From contig NC_000908.2 of assembly GCF_000027325.1 (NCBI RefSeq), forward strand, positions 120,001-152,000: DNA of 32,000 nt, in the 5' to 3' direction. Positions 11,149-22,562 of the stretch are shown in pieces. The notes below the pieces were generated by a model. It did not search any database. It saw only the letters and a program-made list of their open reading frames with translations, and was not told the origin of the DNA. Position 1 is the first letter of the stretch. Each line of letters opens with the position of its first letter. The position numbers and the translations under genes are program-made. Source of the stretch: Mycoplasmoides genitalium G37. Lineage in GTDB: Bacteria > Bacillota_I > Bacilli_A > Mycoplasmatales > Mycoplasmoidaceae.

Positions 11149-11382
11149 ATGCATCCAATCCAAATAGTAATGTTCATTATGGCTGTTATCTGTTTAATTA
11201 TTGGACTTTTGCTTTCTAACCATGGTTCTACTGGAGGATTAGCTTCTCTATCAGGTCAGGACTTGGAGATCTTTCGTAAAACCAAAGATAGGGGTTTTGT
11301 AAAGATCTTACAGATTATCATGTTTATCTTAGTAGTTTTATTTTTAATTCTTGGGTTGATATTTAGTTTTGCACCAAGATAA
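11149..11382 (+). CDS. secG: Protein-export membrane protein SecG
   Basis: 77-aa protein with two TM helices and central GSTGGLASLSG..; lies directly upstream of rnr, as secG does in many Firmicutes. Confidence 0.8.
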   Translation: MHPIQIVMFIMAVICLIIGLLLSNHGSTGGLASLSGQDLEIFRKTKDRGFVKILQIIMFILVVLFLILGLIFSFAPR

Positions 11383-11384
11383 CA

Positions 11385-13562
11385 ATGAAGGTTTTAACTG
11401 AACTCCAAAAGCAGATATTTACCATTGTCAAAAAGGAAAATGGTAAACCTATTCCCCCTGGAATAGTGGTAAGAATGATGGAAAATAGTCCTAATTTTCC
11501 AGGTAAACATCTCATCTATCGGGCCATTGATGATCTGCTTGATTGAGCCATCTTAAGGAAAGCTGGTGGGGTTACAAACCAGCTATTAGTTAACTATGAA
11601 CCTGCTGAGCCTTTACTTGATAAAAAACTACAAGGGATTTTAACCTTAGGAAATAAGAATAGTGGTTTTATCCGCTCTTTGGATGATGATAAAACTGTGT
11701 ATTATGTCCATTACTCTAATTTAACTGGAGCTTTAGATGGGGATCTTGTGGAGTTTTGTAAATTAGATAAACCCCAATTTGGTGATAAGTTTGATGCTGC
11801 AGTTATTACTATTCTAAAAAGAGCAAGAATCTTGTATGCAGGTAATTTTTTAGTAGATCAAAATGAGTTTGCCTTGGAATACAAAATTGTTGCTGATAAC
11901 CCTAGATTTTATTTAACTATGATTGTAAATCCTGATTCTATCCCAAATAACTTAGCATCTAACACCAAGATAGCTTTTCAAATTGATGAGTATGATCCTG
12001 ATAACAACTTATGTAAGGTTTCTGTACAACAAGTTTTGGGTAACAATGATGATCCGCTAATTAATATAAAAGCAATCATGTTGGACAATTCCATTGTCTT
12101 TGAAACTAACGATGTAGTTGAACAGCATGCTAACAAGTTAAGTTTTGATACTGAAGAACAACATAAAGCTTACCGTCAGGATTTAACTGATTTAGCTTTT
12201 GTGACTGTTGATCCTACAACATCAAAAGACCTTGATGATGCTATTTATGTCAAAACAATACCAACAGGTTTTGTGCTTTATGTAGCTATTGCTGATGTTG
12301 CACACTATGTTAATAGAAATAGTGAAATAGACATTGAAGCAAAACACAAAACAAGCTCAATCTATCTACCTGGTCATTATGTTGTGCCCATGCTACCTGA
12401 GCAATTGTCAAATCAGCTCTGTTCTTTAAATCCAGCACAAAAACGTTATGTTGTTGTTTGTGAGATTAGTTTTGATAATCAGGGAAGGATTAAAACAAAC
12501 AAGCTTTACCCAGCAACAATTATTTCCAAAAATCGTTTTAGCTATGATCAGGTTAACAAGTGGTTAAATAATAAATCAGAATTAAACTGTGATGAAACAG
12601 TTATCAACAGCTTAAAAGCAGCTTTTACACTAAGTGATCTAATTCAAGCGCAACGTCAAAAACGCGGTACAATTGATCTTTCACACAAAGAAACTGAGAT
12701 AGTTGTTGATGAACATTATTTTCCCATTAAGATAAATTTTTTGGTTCACGATAAAGCTGAAACCATGATTGAAAATCTCATGGTAGTGGCCAATGAGACA
12801 GTTGCTTGGGTGTTAACTAACAACAAAATTGCTTTACCATACAGAGTTCACCCAAGACCAAGCAAAAAGAAGTTACAAAGTTTGATTGAAACAGTTGGTG
12901 AGTTGAACATAACTAAACCCCAATTTAACTTAGATACTGTCACTTCAAGCCAAATAGCTAGCTGATTAAATGAAAACAAAGATAATCCTAGTTATGAGAT
13001 CTTTGTAATCCTCTTATTAAGAACACTAGGCAAAGCTTTTTATAGTGTTAATCCCCTGATGCACTTCAGCATTGGTTCTAACCACTATACCCACTTTACT
13101 TCACCGATTAGAAGGTATATAGATCTAACCATTCACAGGTTGTTGTGAATGCATCTTTTTACTCCCGATCAATTCACTGATAATGAAAGAGATCAACTCA
13201 AACAAGAGTTGGAAAAAATTGCTGATACAGTTAATGATACAGAGATTAAAATTATCAATTGTGAAAGAAATGCCAATGATTATCTAACAACGCTGTTATT
13301 ATCAAAACAAATTGGCAAAACCTTCAGCGGATTTATTTCAGCAATTACTAGCTTTGGAATTTTTATGAGAATGGATGAAAATAACTTTGATGGGTTAATC
13401 AAAATTACAACTATCCCTGATGATTTCTTTATTTTTGAAAAGGAAAAAATGGTATTGAAAGGAAGAAAAACTAATAAGGTTTATAAAATTGGCGATCGTT
13501 TGGAAGCTAAACTAAGTGAGATTGATTTCATCCAAAAACGTGCTATTTTAACACTCATATAA
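11385..13562 (+). CDS. rnr: Ribonuclease R (VacB)
   Basis: Table-4 join of 11679..12965 and 13149..13562 with start ATG 11385. RNB motif DLTDLAFVTVDPTTSKDLDDAIYV, YTHFTSPIRRYIDLTIHRL, C-terminal S1 domain; 725 aa. Confidence 0.95.
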
Positions 13563-13569
13563 TTAGCCA

Positions 13570-14172
13570 ATGGTTGTTAATATCCTGCTTTTTATTACCC
13601 TTATTTTTTTACTTTTACTGTTTGTTTTTTTAATTGCTTTTGCATTTCTAAACAAACGGGTTAGAAATTATGTTGTACGTACTTGAACTAGTGTTTTCAG
13701 TAAGTCCAAACAAAACCTTGATAAAAAGAACTTTTTTGACAATTTAACTTCAACTTTATTAAGACTTTCAGTTGATAAAATTGGGGCTATTATTGCCATT
13801 GAAAAACGTGATTCACTTGATCCTTATATCAACATTGGTTATCGGGTTAGTTCTGATTTTTCCCCTGAACTGTTAGTTACTATTTTTTACAACAAATCAT
13901 CTCCTTTACATGATGGAGCGGTGATTGTTAGAGATTACAAAATTATTAGTGTCTCTTCTTACTTTCCAATGACAAGACAATTAATTGATGTTTCATATGG
14001 TTCAAGACACAGAAGTGCCTTGGGATTAAGTGAAAAGTCTGATGCAGTTGTTTTTATTGTTAGTGAAACAACTGGTAAAATATCAGTTGCTTTAAAAGGG
14101 GTTATTAAAACCTTGTCTTCCAACTCAGATAGGTTGCAAGATGAAATTATCCATTACTTGTCTTCAAAGTAG
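13570..14172 (+). CDS. CdaA-type diadenylate cyclase (c-di-AMP synthase), N-terminal TM helix
   Basis: Table-4 frame from ATG 13570 (MVVNILLFITLIFLLLLFVFLIAFAFLNKRVRNYVVRTW...). DAC-domain motifs HDGAVIVRD and GSRHRSALGLSE; 200 aa. Confidence 0.9.
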
Positions 14173-14776
14173 GATTAATCACTTTTCATTCTGGTTTTTT
14201 AAACCATGGATTCAAAGGGTTAATTCTTTGGTAAAAAAAGCGTCCCTGTAAGTGATCAAATTCATGCTGTAAACACATTCCAAATAGTCCAGTTGCTTTA
14301 ATGGTAATCTCTTTTTTTTCAAACCAATCATAACCTTTAATAGTGATCCATTCACTACGAATTACATAACCTTTGTGCTGCTTTTTAACACTTAAACACC
14401 CCTCACCACTTTCTAAAAATGCTTTATTTTCACTTTGATCAATAATTTTAGGATTGATCAGTAGGCACTTTTTTTCTTTGTTTAAATCATTGAGGTGGAT
14501 GTAAAACAGTTGTTTTCAATAGCCAATCTGGTTAGCAGCTATCCCAATTCCTGGAATAATGTCATATTCTTGTGCTTTACCATCATATGAAGCATCAACA
14601 TATGCAATCATCTTTTTAATACAGGTTTCAATTTGCTCATCTATTGGAAAATTAACAGCTTCAGTTGGCTTGTTAATCAAAGCATTATCATCAAAAACAA
14701 GCCAAGTTTTAGTTGGTTGAAAAGTCATTGATAAAAACAGTAAAGTTAAAATTATTCTAACAATTGAAGTGAACAA
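14147..14776 (-). CDS. def: Peptide deformylase
   Basis: Minus-strand frame read through TGA(Trp) at 14516-14518 and 14186-14188 to TAA at 14149-14147. Motifs GIGIAANQIG, SGEGCLSV and LQHEFDHLQG. The biological start may be Met at 14728 (MTFQPTKTWL...). Confidence 0.93.
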
Positions 14777-15338
14777 TCAGGGGAGAATTTTTGTCATTAC
14801 TGGTCCTAGCGGTGTTGGCAAAAGCACCCTTGTTAAAGCCTTATTAGATCATTTCAAAGAACAACTGTTCTACAGTATCTCTGCAACTACAAGAAAAAAG
14901 CGCATTAGTGAAAAAGAGGGAATTGATTATTTTTTTAAAGATAAAGATGAGTTTGAAAACTTAATAAAACAAGATGCTTTCATTGAATGGGCTTGCTATA
15001 ATAACCATTATTATGGAACGCTCAAGTCTCAAGCTGAACAAGCAATTAAAAGCGGAATTAATTTAATGCTTGAAATTGAGTATCAAGGTGCTTTACAGGT
15101 TAAAAGTAAATATCCTCATAACGTTGTTTTAATTTTCATTAAACCACCTTCAATGCAAGAGTTGTTAAAACGTTTAAAAAAGCGTAATGATGAAGATGAA
15201 ACCACAATTAAAAAACGTTTAGAACAAGCTAAGATAGAGTTTCAACAGATTGATAATTTTAAGTATGTTGTCACTAACAAAGAGTTTGATAAAACCCTTA
15301 ATGAGTTGAAATCAATCTTACTATCTGAGTTTATTTAA
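14769..15338 (+). CDS. gmk: Guanylate kinase
   Basis: GTG start; P-loop GPSGVGKSTLV, SISATTRKKRISEKEGIDYFF, EIEYQGALQV; 189 aa. The frame is open further upstream, so the start is uncertain. Confidence 0.93.
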   Translation: MNNQGRIFVITGPSGVGKSTLVKALLDHFKEQLFYSISATTRKKRISEKEGIDYFFKDKDEFENLIKQDAFIEWACYNNHYYGTLKSQAEQAIKSGINLMLEIEYQGALQVKSKYPHNVVLIFIKPPSMQELLKRLKKRNDEDETTIKKRLEQAKIEFQQIDNFKYVVTNKEFDKTLNELKSILLSEFI

Positions 15339-16120
15339 TGCAAGCTGCTAATGATCATTTCTTTACCGGTTTATCAAAAAAAGGTCCTGTAAGAAAGGAA
15401 AATCAGGACTTTTATGGATTTAGTTTTAATCAAAATAACCTACTAATAGTTGTTTGTGATGGTCTTGGTGGTTATAAGGGTGGCAAGATTGCTAGTAACT
15501 TAGTAGGTAAACTCTTTCTTAGTTTATTTGAAGGTTTTGAATTTAACCAGTGAGATGAAACTACAGTTAAAAAGTGGTTTGAAAATACTTTAATACAAGC
15601 ACGCTTTCAACTAGAAAATTGTTTTCAAACAGTTTATGAAGCACAAATCCAGTTTGCTAGGATGGCTAGCACCTTGGTCTTGGGAATTTTAACTAAAAGT
15701 GATATTTATATCTTTTGAATTGGTGATTCCAGAGCTTACTTATTATTTGAAAACCAAGCTAAGTTAGTTACTAAGGATCACAATCTTTATAACCAGTTAG
15801 TTGCTATGAATGCTGATGAGAAATTACTTTTAAGTTATTCTAATCAACTTTTAGCATTAACAAATACTATTTCCAAAGAAACAAAAAGACCATTAGTTTA
15901 TGGTTTTTATAACACAAAAATTGAACAACAAGAATTTTTATTATTGTGTTCTGATGGACTTTATAACTTTGTTGAAAAAGAGCTTTTTTTTGAAATTATC
16001 ACTAATTCTAAAAACCTAAAACAAGCAGTGTTTAATCTTTATAGAAAAAGTATTGAAAATGCAAGTAATGATAATATTACTGCTGCCCTTGTTAATCTGC
16101 AAAAATGGAAGCAATCTTAA
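15338..16120 (+). CDS. PP2C-family Ser/Thr protein phosphatase
   Basis: Table-4 join of 15338..15553 and 15806..16120. Motifs GPVRKENQDFYG, VVCDGLGGYKGGKIAS, IGDSRAYL, LLLCSDGLYNFV, SNDNITA; 260 aa. Confidence 0.9.
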
Positions 16121-17268
16121 AGATAGGTGATATTGTTGAAAATAAGTATCAAATTGAAAAGCTTTTAAATAGGGGTGGGATGGATTCCTATCTTTTTTTA
16201 GCAAAAAATTTGAACTTAAAAAACTATGGACCAGTTCAAAAAAAACAGTATGGACACTTAGTTTTAAAGGTGGTTCAAAAAAATCCTAAGATTAATGAAA
16301 ATAATTGGAAAAAGTTCCTTGATGAAATGGTAACCACAACTAGAGTGCACCATTCTAACCTAGTGAAAAGTTTTGATGTGGTGAACCCTTTTTTGAAAAT
16401 AGTTCGTGGTAATAAAACAATTGCTCTCAATCAGATAGTGATGATTGCAATGGAGTATGTTGATGGCCCTTCTTTAAGACAATTGCTTAACAGAAAAGGC
16501 TACTTTAGTGTTAGCGAAGTAGTTTATTACTTTACAAAGATAGTAAAAGCCATTGATTATCTCCACAGTTTCAAGCACCAAATTATCCACCGTGATCTTA
16601 AACCTGAAAACATCTTATTTACTAGTGATTTAACTGATATTAAACTATTAGATTTTGGCATTGCTTCAACAGTAGTTAAAGTTGCTGAAAAAACCGAAGT
16701 TTTAACTGATGAAAATTCACTGTTTGGCACAGTTAGTTATATGATTCCTGATGTTTTGGAAAGCACAGTTAATAAAGCTGGTAAAAAGGTTAGAAAACCA
16801 CCCAATGCCCAGTATGATATCTACTCGTTAGGAATTATTCTATTTGAGATGTTAGTTGGTAGAGTTCCATTTAACAAGTCAATTAACCCCAACAAGGAAA
16901 GAGAAACAATCCAAAAAGCACGCAATTTTGACTTACCTTTAATGCAAGCAACTAGAAGTGATATCCCAAATAGCTTAGAAAATATTGCTTTTCGTTGTAC
17001 TGCTGTGAAAAGAGAAAACAATAAGTGACTTTACAGTTCCACAAAAGAACTTTTAGAAGATTTGGCGAATTGAGAAAATGAACAAGCGATGATTAAACCT
17101 GCTAATGAAAGGGTTTTAGAAGGGCAGGTGGAAATTAGAGAAATGATGCTTGAAAAGCCCTTAGCTTGGTATTTCAAAACTTGAGCCTTATCAATCTTTA
17201 CTATCGTTTTTATAGGGTTAATTATTGCTGCAATAGTTCTTTTATTAATTTTTAATGCCAGATTCTAA
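16105..17268 (+). CDS. Serine/threonine protein kinase, C-terminal single TM helix, no PASTA domains
   Basis: Kinase motifs LVLKVV, IHRDLKPENILF, LLDFGIA, DIYSLGIILFEMLVG. Through TGA(Trp) codons to TAA 17266-17268; ends ALSIFTIVFIGLIIAAIVLLLIFNARF; 387 aa. Confidence 0.92.
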
Positions 17269-18091
17269 CTTTGGGATAGTGCTTCAGTCATTAGCAAAAC
17301 AATGCAAAGTATTTTGGAATAACCAGATAATAACTGCTTTTCCTCAAAAGAAGTTACAGTGAAAAAATGATTTTAAGTTGATGGTTGGTGATAGGGTTCA
17401 ACTTGAAGATGGTGCGATCACTAAAGTTTTAGCTAGAAAAAATGAACTTACAAGACCAAGGGTTGCTAATGTTGATCAGATTGTTTTAATCCAATCACTA
17501 GTTCAACCTAAGATTAACTGAATTCAACTGTTGAAATTATTGGTATATTTCAATGCTAAATTAATTGATGAAATACCTATTTTAATAACAAAAACAGACC
17601 TTGATTTTGATCCAATGGAAAAACAAAAGTTAATCGATTTAAAACAGTTTAACTATCAGTTATTTTTTGTTTCTAAAAATGAACCACTACCTTCAGAATT
17701 AATCGATATTTTTAGTAAAAAACTAAGTGTTTTTACAGGTCAATCTGGTGTTGGTAAATCTAGCTTAATTAATCGTTTAGATCCTTCTTTAAAACAAAAG
17801 ATTCAAGCCTTATCAGTTAATAAATTTGGTAAGAATACCACTACTAAAACAACACTTTTTTCATTTAGAGGCGGTTTTATTTGTGACACCCCTGGTTTTA
17901 ATGTAATTTCTATTAAAAACCTCAAAATTTTAGCAGCCCAACACTTTGTTGGTTTTCAGAAAATGATTAGTAAGTGTCATTTTTCTAACTGTTATCATCA
18001 GTATGAAAAAGATTGCTTTGTAACCACAAGTGTTATGAAAAACAGATATCCTTCGTGATTGTATGAGAAGTATAGAAAAATGATTAATTAA
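17255..18091 (+). CDS. rsgA: Small ribosomal subunit biogenesis GTPase RsgA (circularly permuted GTPase)
   Basis: Table-4 frame from ATG 17255 (MPDSNFGIVLQSLAKQCKVFWNNQ...). TKTDLDFD, then GQSGVGKSSLINRLDP, TTTKTTLF, DTPGFN, and Zn knuckle CHFSNCYHQYEKDC; 278 aa. Confidence 0.93.
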
Positions 18092-18105
18092 AATCAACTG
18101 CAAAA

Positions 18106-19407
18106 GTGTTTATGAGTGATAAATTATTAACAATTGACTTAAGTCATGTTTATGGATTTGATAAAGAAATTATTTTTAAGAAATACCAAAAAAAAGTAGA
18201 TCAAATTCACCAAGATTTTCTAGCTCATAAACTTGCTGATGGTCACATGACTGGGTGGTATGACCAACCTGATCAAAACCACCAATTCCTTTTAAAAACC
18301 ATTAATCAAATTGACAAAAAGTTTAAAAGTTTAAAAGTAACTGACATTGTTTATGTTGGTATTGGTGGTTCTTTTACTGGTATTAAAACAGTTTTAGATT
18401 TCTTAAAACCAAAACAAAGAACAGGATTAAAAATCCACTTTGTCCCTGACCTTTCTGCTTTTCAAGCTGCAAGTGTTATTAAGGAAATTAAAAATAAATC
18501 ATGGGCTCTAATTACCACTTCTAAGTCTGGTAGAACCCTAGAACCAGCACTGAATTTCCGCATTTTTAGAAACTTATTAAACAAGCGTTATGGCAACAAA
18601 CACTACCAAAGAGTAGTTGTTATTACTGATGAAAAAAAGGGATTACTAACCAAAATGGCATCAAATCATGGTTACCAAAAGTTAGTTATTGATTCAAATA
18701 TCGGTGGGCGTTTTTCAACTCTATCTCCTGCTGGTTTGTTACTAGCCAAACTTTTTGGTCATGATCCTAAGGCCATCTTAAAAGGAACATTACAAGCCAA
18801 AAAGGATTTGCAAACAACTTCACTTGAAAACAATTCTGCATACCTTTATGCAGTAGTTAGACATTGACTATACACCACAAAAAAATTCAAAATTGAAGTT
18901 TGCATTGCTTATCACAGTTTGTATGAATATTTGTTATTACAGCATCGACAACTTTTTGGTGAATCAGAAGGTAAGAACGATAAATCTTTATTTCCTACTT
19001 TTTCGATTTTTACTGTTGACTTACACTCAATGGGACAACTCTATCAAGAAGGGGAAAAAGTGTTTTTTGAAACAGTAATTGATGTTAAAAATCCACTTGT
19101 TAATATTAATTTACCTCCATCTGATTTTGACAATGATGATGAACTTGATTTCTTGTTAGATAAAAGCTTAAATGAGATTTCAGATGTTGCAATTGATTCA
19201 GTTATTAAAGCGCACTACCAAGCAAATGTAAGCATTATTAAATTAACTTTAAAAGAACAATCTGCATTTATGTTTGGTTATTTTTACTTTTGACTCTCTG
19301 TTGCTACAGTGATGAGTGGATCATTATTAGGGCATAATGTCTTTAATCAACCTGGCGTTGAAGTTTATAAAAAGTTAATGTTTGAAAAACTAAGAAGTGG
19401 CCACTAA
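18106..19407 (+). CDS. pgi: Glucose-6-phosphate isomerase
   Basis: VYVGIGGSFTGIKTVLDFL, ALITTSKSGRTLEPALNFR and NQPGVEVYKKLMF motifs across TGA(Trp) codons. Start GTG 18106 or ATG 18112. Confidence 0.94.
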
Positions 19408-20026
19408 GGTTGTTTTTTCACTCTTACCACTTTTAAATAGGTTTGACAAGTCACTTTTAGAAAGTTACTTTCAAGATGGATTGAGGTTAATCCATTATGA
19501 TGTGATGGACCAATTTGTTCATAATACTGCTTTTAAAGGTGAATATTTGGATGAATTGAAAACAATAGGTTTTGATGTTAATGTCCATTTAATGGTGGAA
19601 CAGATCATCCCTCAAATAAATTTTTATCTTTCACAACCTAATGTGAAAAGGATTTCGTTTCATGTTGAACCATTTAGTTTTGCAAAGATTAAAGAACTAA
19701 TCCAACTAGTTAAAGAAAATGGTAAAGAAGTTGGTCTTGCTTTTAAATTTACAACCAATTTACAACTATACCAACCATTTTTTACAACCATCGACTTTAT
19801 CACTTTAATGAGTGTTCCTCCTGGTAAAGGTGGTCAAGCTTTTAACGAAGCTGTTTTTACAAATTTAAAGATTGCTAACCATTACAACTTGAAAATTGAG
19901 ATTGATGGTGGGATTAAAGTTAATAACATTGATCAAATTAAAGCCTTTGTTGATTTCATTGTAATGGGAAGTGGCTTTATAAAATTAGAGCAGTGGCAAC
20001 GTCAAAAATTGTTGCAAACAATCTAA
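19397..20026 (+). CDS. rpe: Ribulose-phosphate 3-epimerase
   Basis: 209-aa ORF, GTG start. YDVMDQFVHN, VHLMVEQ, DFITLMSVPPGKGGQAF and IEIDGGI motifs. Confidence 0.92.
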   Translation: MATKVVFSLLPLLNRFDKSLLESYFQDGLRLIHYDVMDQFVHNTAFKGEYLDELKTIGFDVNVHLMVEQIIPQINFYLSQPNVKRISFHVEPFSFAKIKELIQLVKENGKEVGLAFKFTTNLQLYQPFFTTIDFITLMSVPPGKGGQAFNEAVFTNLKIANHYNLKIEIDGGIKVNNIDQIKAFVDFIVMGSGFIKLEQWQRQKLLQTI

Positions 20027-20039
20027 TTAAACTTTATTG

Positions 20040-21410
20040 ATGAAATCAGTTACAGTCAAGCAGTTACTACAAACCCCACGAAAATTTAATAACAAGCAGA
20101 TTAAACTATCAGGTTGGGTTAAAAATAAACGTGCTAGTGCTAACATCATCTTTCTAGCAATTAGTGATGGCTCTAGTATTAATACCCTACAAGCAGTAGT
20201 AAAACAAGAAGATAACCCCCAGGTTTTCTCACTGTTACAAACTGTTAATTTAGCAAGTGCTGTTATGGTTTGAGGGGAAATTATCTTAACCCCAAAAGCT
20301 AAACAACCACTGGAGTTGAAATTAAAGCAGGTGAGTTTATTAGCACAAGCAGAGTCTGATTATCCACTGCAAAAAAAAGAACATAGTCAAGAGTTTTTTA
20401 GAAGTAATGCGCATCTAAGAGTAAGAGCAAAAACTTACTTTGCAGTGATGAAAATAAGGAGTGTTTTGTCACACGCAATCTTTGAATACTTCTTTAAAAA
20501 TGATTTTATCTTAGTGCAAAGCCCTATTTTAACTAGTAATGATTGTGAGGGAGCGGGGGAAACATTTGTAATTAAAGATAGTGAAACTTTTTTTAATAAA
20601 ACGACTTTTTTAACAGTAAGTGGCCAGTTTGGAGCAGAAGCTTTTGCGCAAGCATTTAAAAAGGTTTTCACCTTTGGTCCTACTTTCAGAGCTGAAAAAT
20701 CCCATACTAATCGTCATCTTAGTGAGTTTTGGATGATCGAACCTGAAATTGCATTTGCTAACTTAAAAGATTTAATGCAGTTAATACAAAACCTAATTAA
20801 ATTCTTAATTAAAAAAGTGATGGAAAATGCTAGTGATGAACTAAATGTTTTAGCAAAGCAATTTAGCAATGACATTATTAGCAACTTAAAGACAATCATT
20901 AGTACTAAAAAATTTCCAATCATTGAATACAGCAAAGCATTAGCGATTCTAAAGGAATCTAGTGATACAAAAAAAACTAATTTTGAACTAAACGACTTTA
21001 GTTTTGGTATTGACTTAAAAACAGAACATGAACGCTTTTTGTGCGAACAATATTTTCAAAATCAACCGCTTTTTGTTATTAACTATCCAAAGGAGTTAAA
21101 GGCATTTTACATGAAAACAAATACTGACAATAAAACTGTTGCTGCAGTTGATCTTTTATTACCAAAGATTGGTGAGATTTGTGGGGGAAGTGAAAGGGAA
21201 AGTGATTTAAACCAACTTAAGAATAGGTGTCAATCTTTAAACATTGACACAAAAAGTTTGAACTGATATCTTGATATGAGGAAATGGGGTTATTTTGCTA
21301 GTGCAGGTTTTGGTTTGGGCTTTGATAGATTATTAGCTTATATATGTGGATTGGAAAACATCAGAGATGCTATTCCCTTTCCCCGTGTACATGGCACCAT
21401 TAACTTCTAA
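20040..21410 (+). CDS. asnS: Asparaginyl-tRNA synthetase
   Basis: Table-4 join of three same-frame fragments. Class II motif FGPTFRAEKSHTNRHLSEFWMIEPE and GFGLGFDRLLAYICGLENIRDAIPFPR; 456 aa. Confidence 0.95.
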
Positions 21411-22056
21411 ATTCGCTGCTTATAAAAAAAAGATTGCAAACTGGTTAACAGTTTACAGAATTTTTATTGCTTTACCTACTATTATTTTTATTGCTTTAGA
21501 TAATCAACTAGGAGTTTTAGCTAACTTTTCTGTTGGTGCAATTAGCATTAGTTTACAGATCAGTTTATTGATTGGAGGATTTTTGTTTTTAACTGCAGTT
21601 ATATCAGATTATTTAGATGGATATTTAGCAAGAAAATGGCTAGCAGTTTCTAACTTTGGTAAATTATGAGACCCCATTGCTGATAAAGTGATTATCAATG
21701 GTGTTCTTATTGCACTAGCGATTAATGGATATTTTCACTTTAGCTTATTAATTGTTTTTATAGTCCGTGATCTTGTGTTGGATGGAATGCGGATTTATGC
21801 TTATGAGAAAAAGGTGGTTATTGCTGCTAACTGACTTGGAAAATGAAAAACTATCATGCAGATGGTTGGTATTGTTTTTAGTTGTTTTGTTTGGAGTTTT
21901 AAACAAAGTGAAATAGCTTCTTTGAATAGTGGACTGTTCTTTTGATTACTAACTCAACTGCCATATTATTTAGCAGCAGTTTTTTCAATTTGGTCTTTCA
22001 TTGTTTATAACATCCAAATATATCAGCAACTAAAGGCTTATAACTCCAAGTTATAA
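21391..22056 (+). CDS. pgsA: CDP-alcohol phosphatidyltransferase (probable CDP-diacylglycerol--glycerol-3-phosphate 3-phosphatidyltransferase)
   Basis: Signature [27 protein letters not shown] matches DG..AR...........G...D...D; multi-TM. Start ATG 21391 is likely; the in-frame open region extends back to 21346. Confidence 0.88.
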
Positions 22057-22080
22057 TCCTTATTAGGCATTGGAATAACT

Positions 22081-22554
22081 TTGTTTGCCAATTTAATAGC
22101 AGAAAAACTCCAAAAGTTACAACTTAGTGTTGCAACAGCTGAATCAGTTACTGGTGGCTTATTAGCTCATTGTTTAACTTCCATTGATGGTGCTTCTAAC
22201 TATTTTAATGGCGGTGTTATTGCTTACAATAACCAAGTTAAGATTAACTTACTGAATGTTCAATCCTCCACAATTGCAAACCATGGGGCAGTTTCCAGTT
22301 TCTGTGCTAGGGAGATGGCAGTTGGGGTTAAACAAAAGTTTCAAGCTGATGTGGGTATTGCTTGCAGTGGGATAGCAGGTAGTAAAGCAGTTGAAAATAA
22401 AGCAATAGGATTACTTTTTTTCTGTATTATTATAGGAAATAAGGCTTATGATTTTGAGTTTGAAATGAACCAAAATAATCGTAAGGATAACATTGAATTA
22501 TTTACCAATAAGATCTTGGAATCTTTCCACTATTTGTTAACAAAGCTAGCTTAA
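22081..22554 (+). CDS. CinA C-terminal domain protein (PncC-type NMN amidohydrolase-like)
   Basis: TAESVTGGLLAHCLTSIDGASNYFNGGVIAYNNQVK, ACSGIAG; single CinA-C domain of 157 aa, TTG start. Confidence 0.88.
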   Translation: MFANLIAEKLQKLQLSVATAESVTGGLLAHCLTSIDGASNYFNGGVIAYNNQVKINLLNVQSSTIANHGAVSSFCAREMAVGVKQKFQADVGIACSGIAGSKAVENKAIGLLFFCIIIGNKAYDFEFEMNQNNRKDNIELFTNKILESFHYLLTKLA

Positions 22555-22562
22555 TCTAAGTT

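Noticed and set aside
14729-14776. Extended def N-terminus MFTSIVRIILTLLFLS suggesting a membrane-anchored deformylase
   Set aside because: It more likely reflects an over-long start call. The downstream Met at 14728 gives a standard Def N-terminus and avoids overlap with the gmk start.
18893-19078. 61-aa ORF inside pgi in an alternative frame
   Set aside because: Overlaps the confirmed pgi reading frame; a chance ORF.
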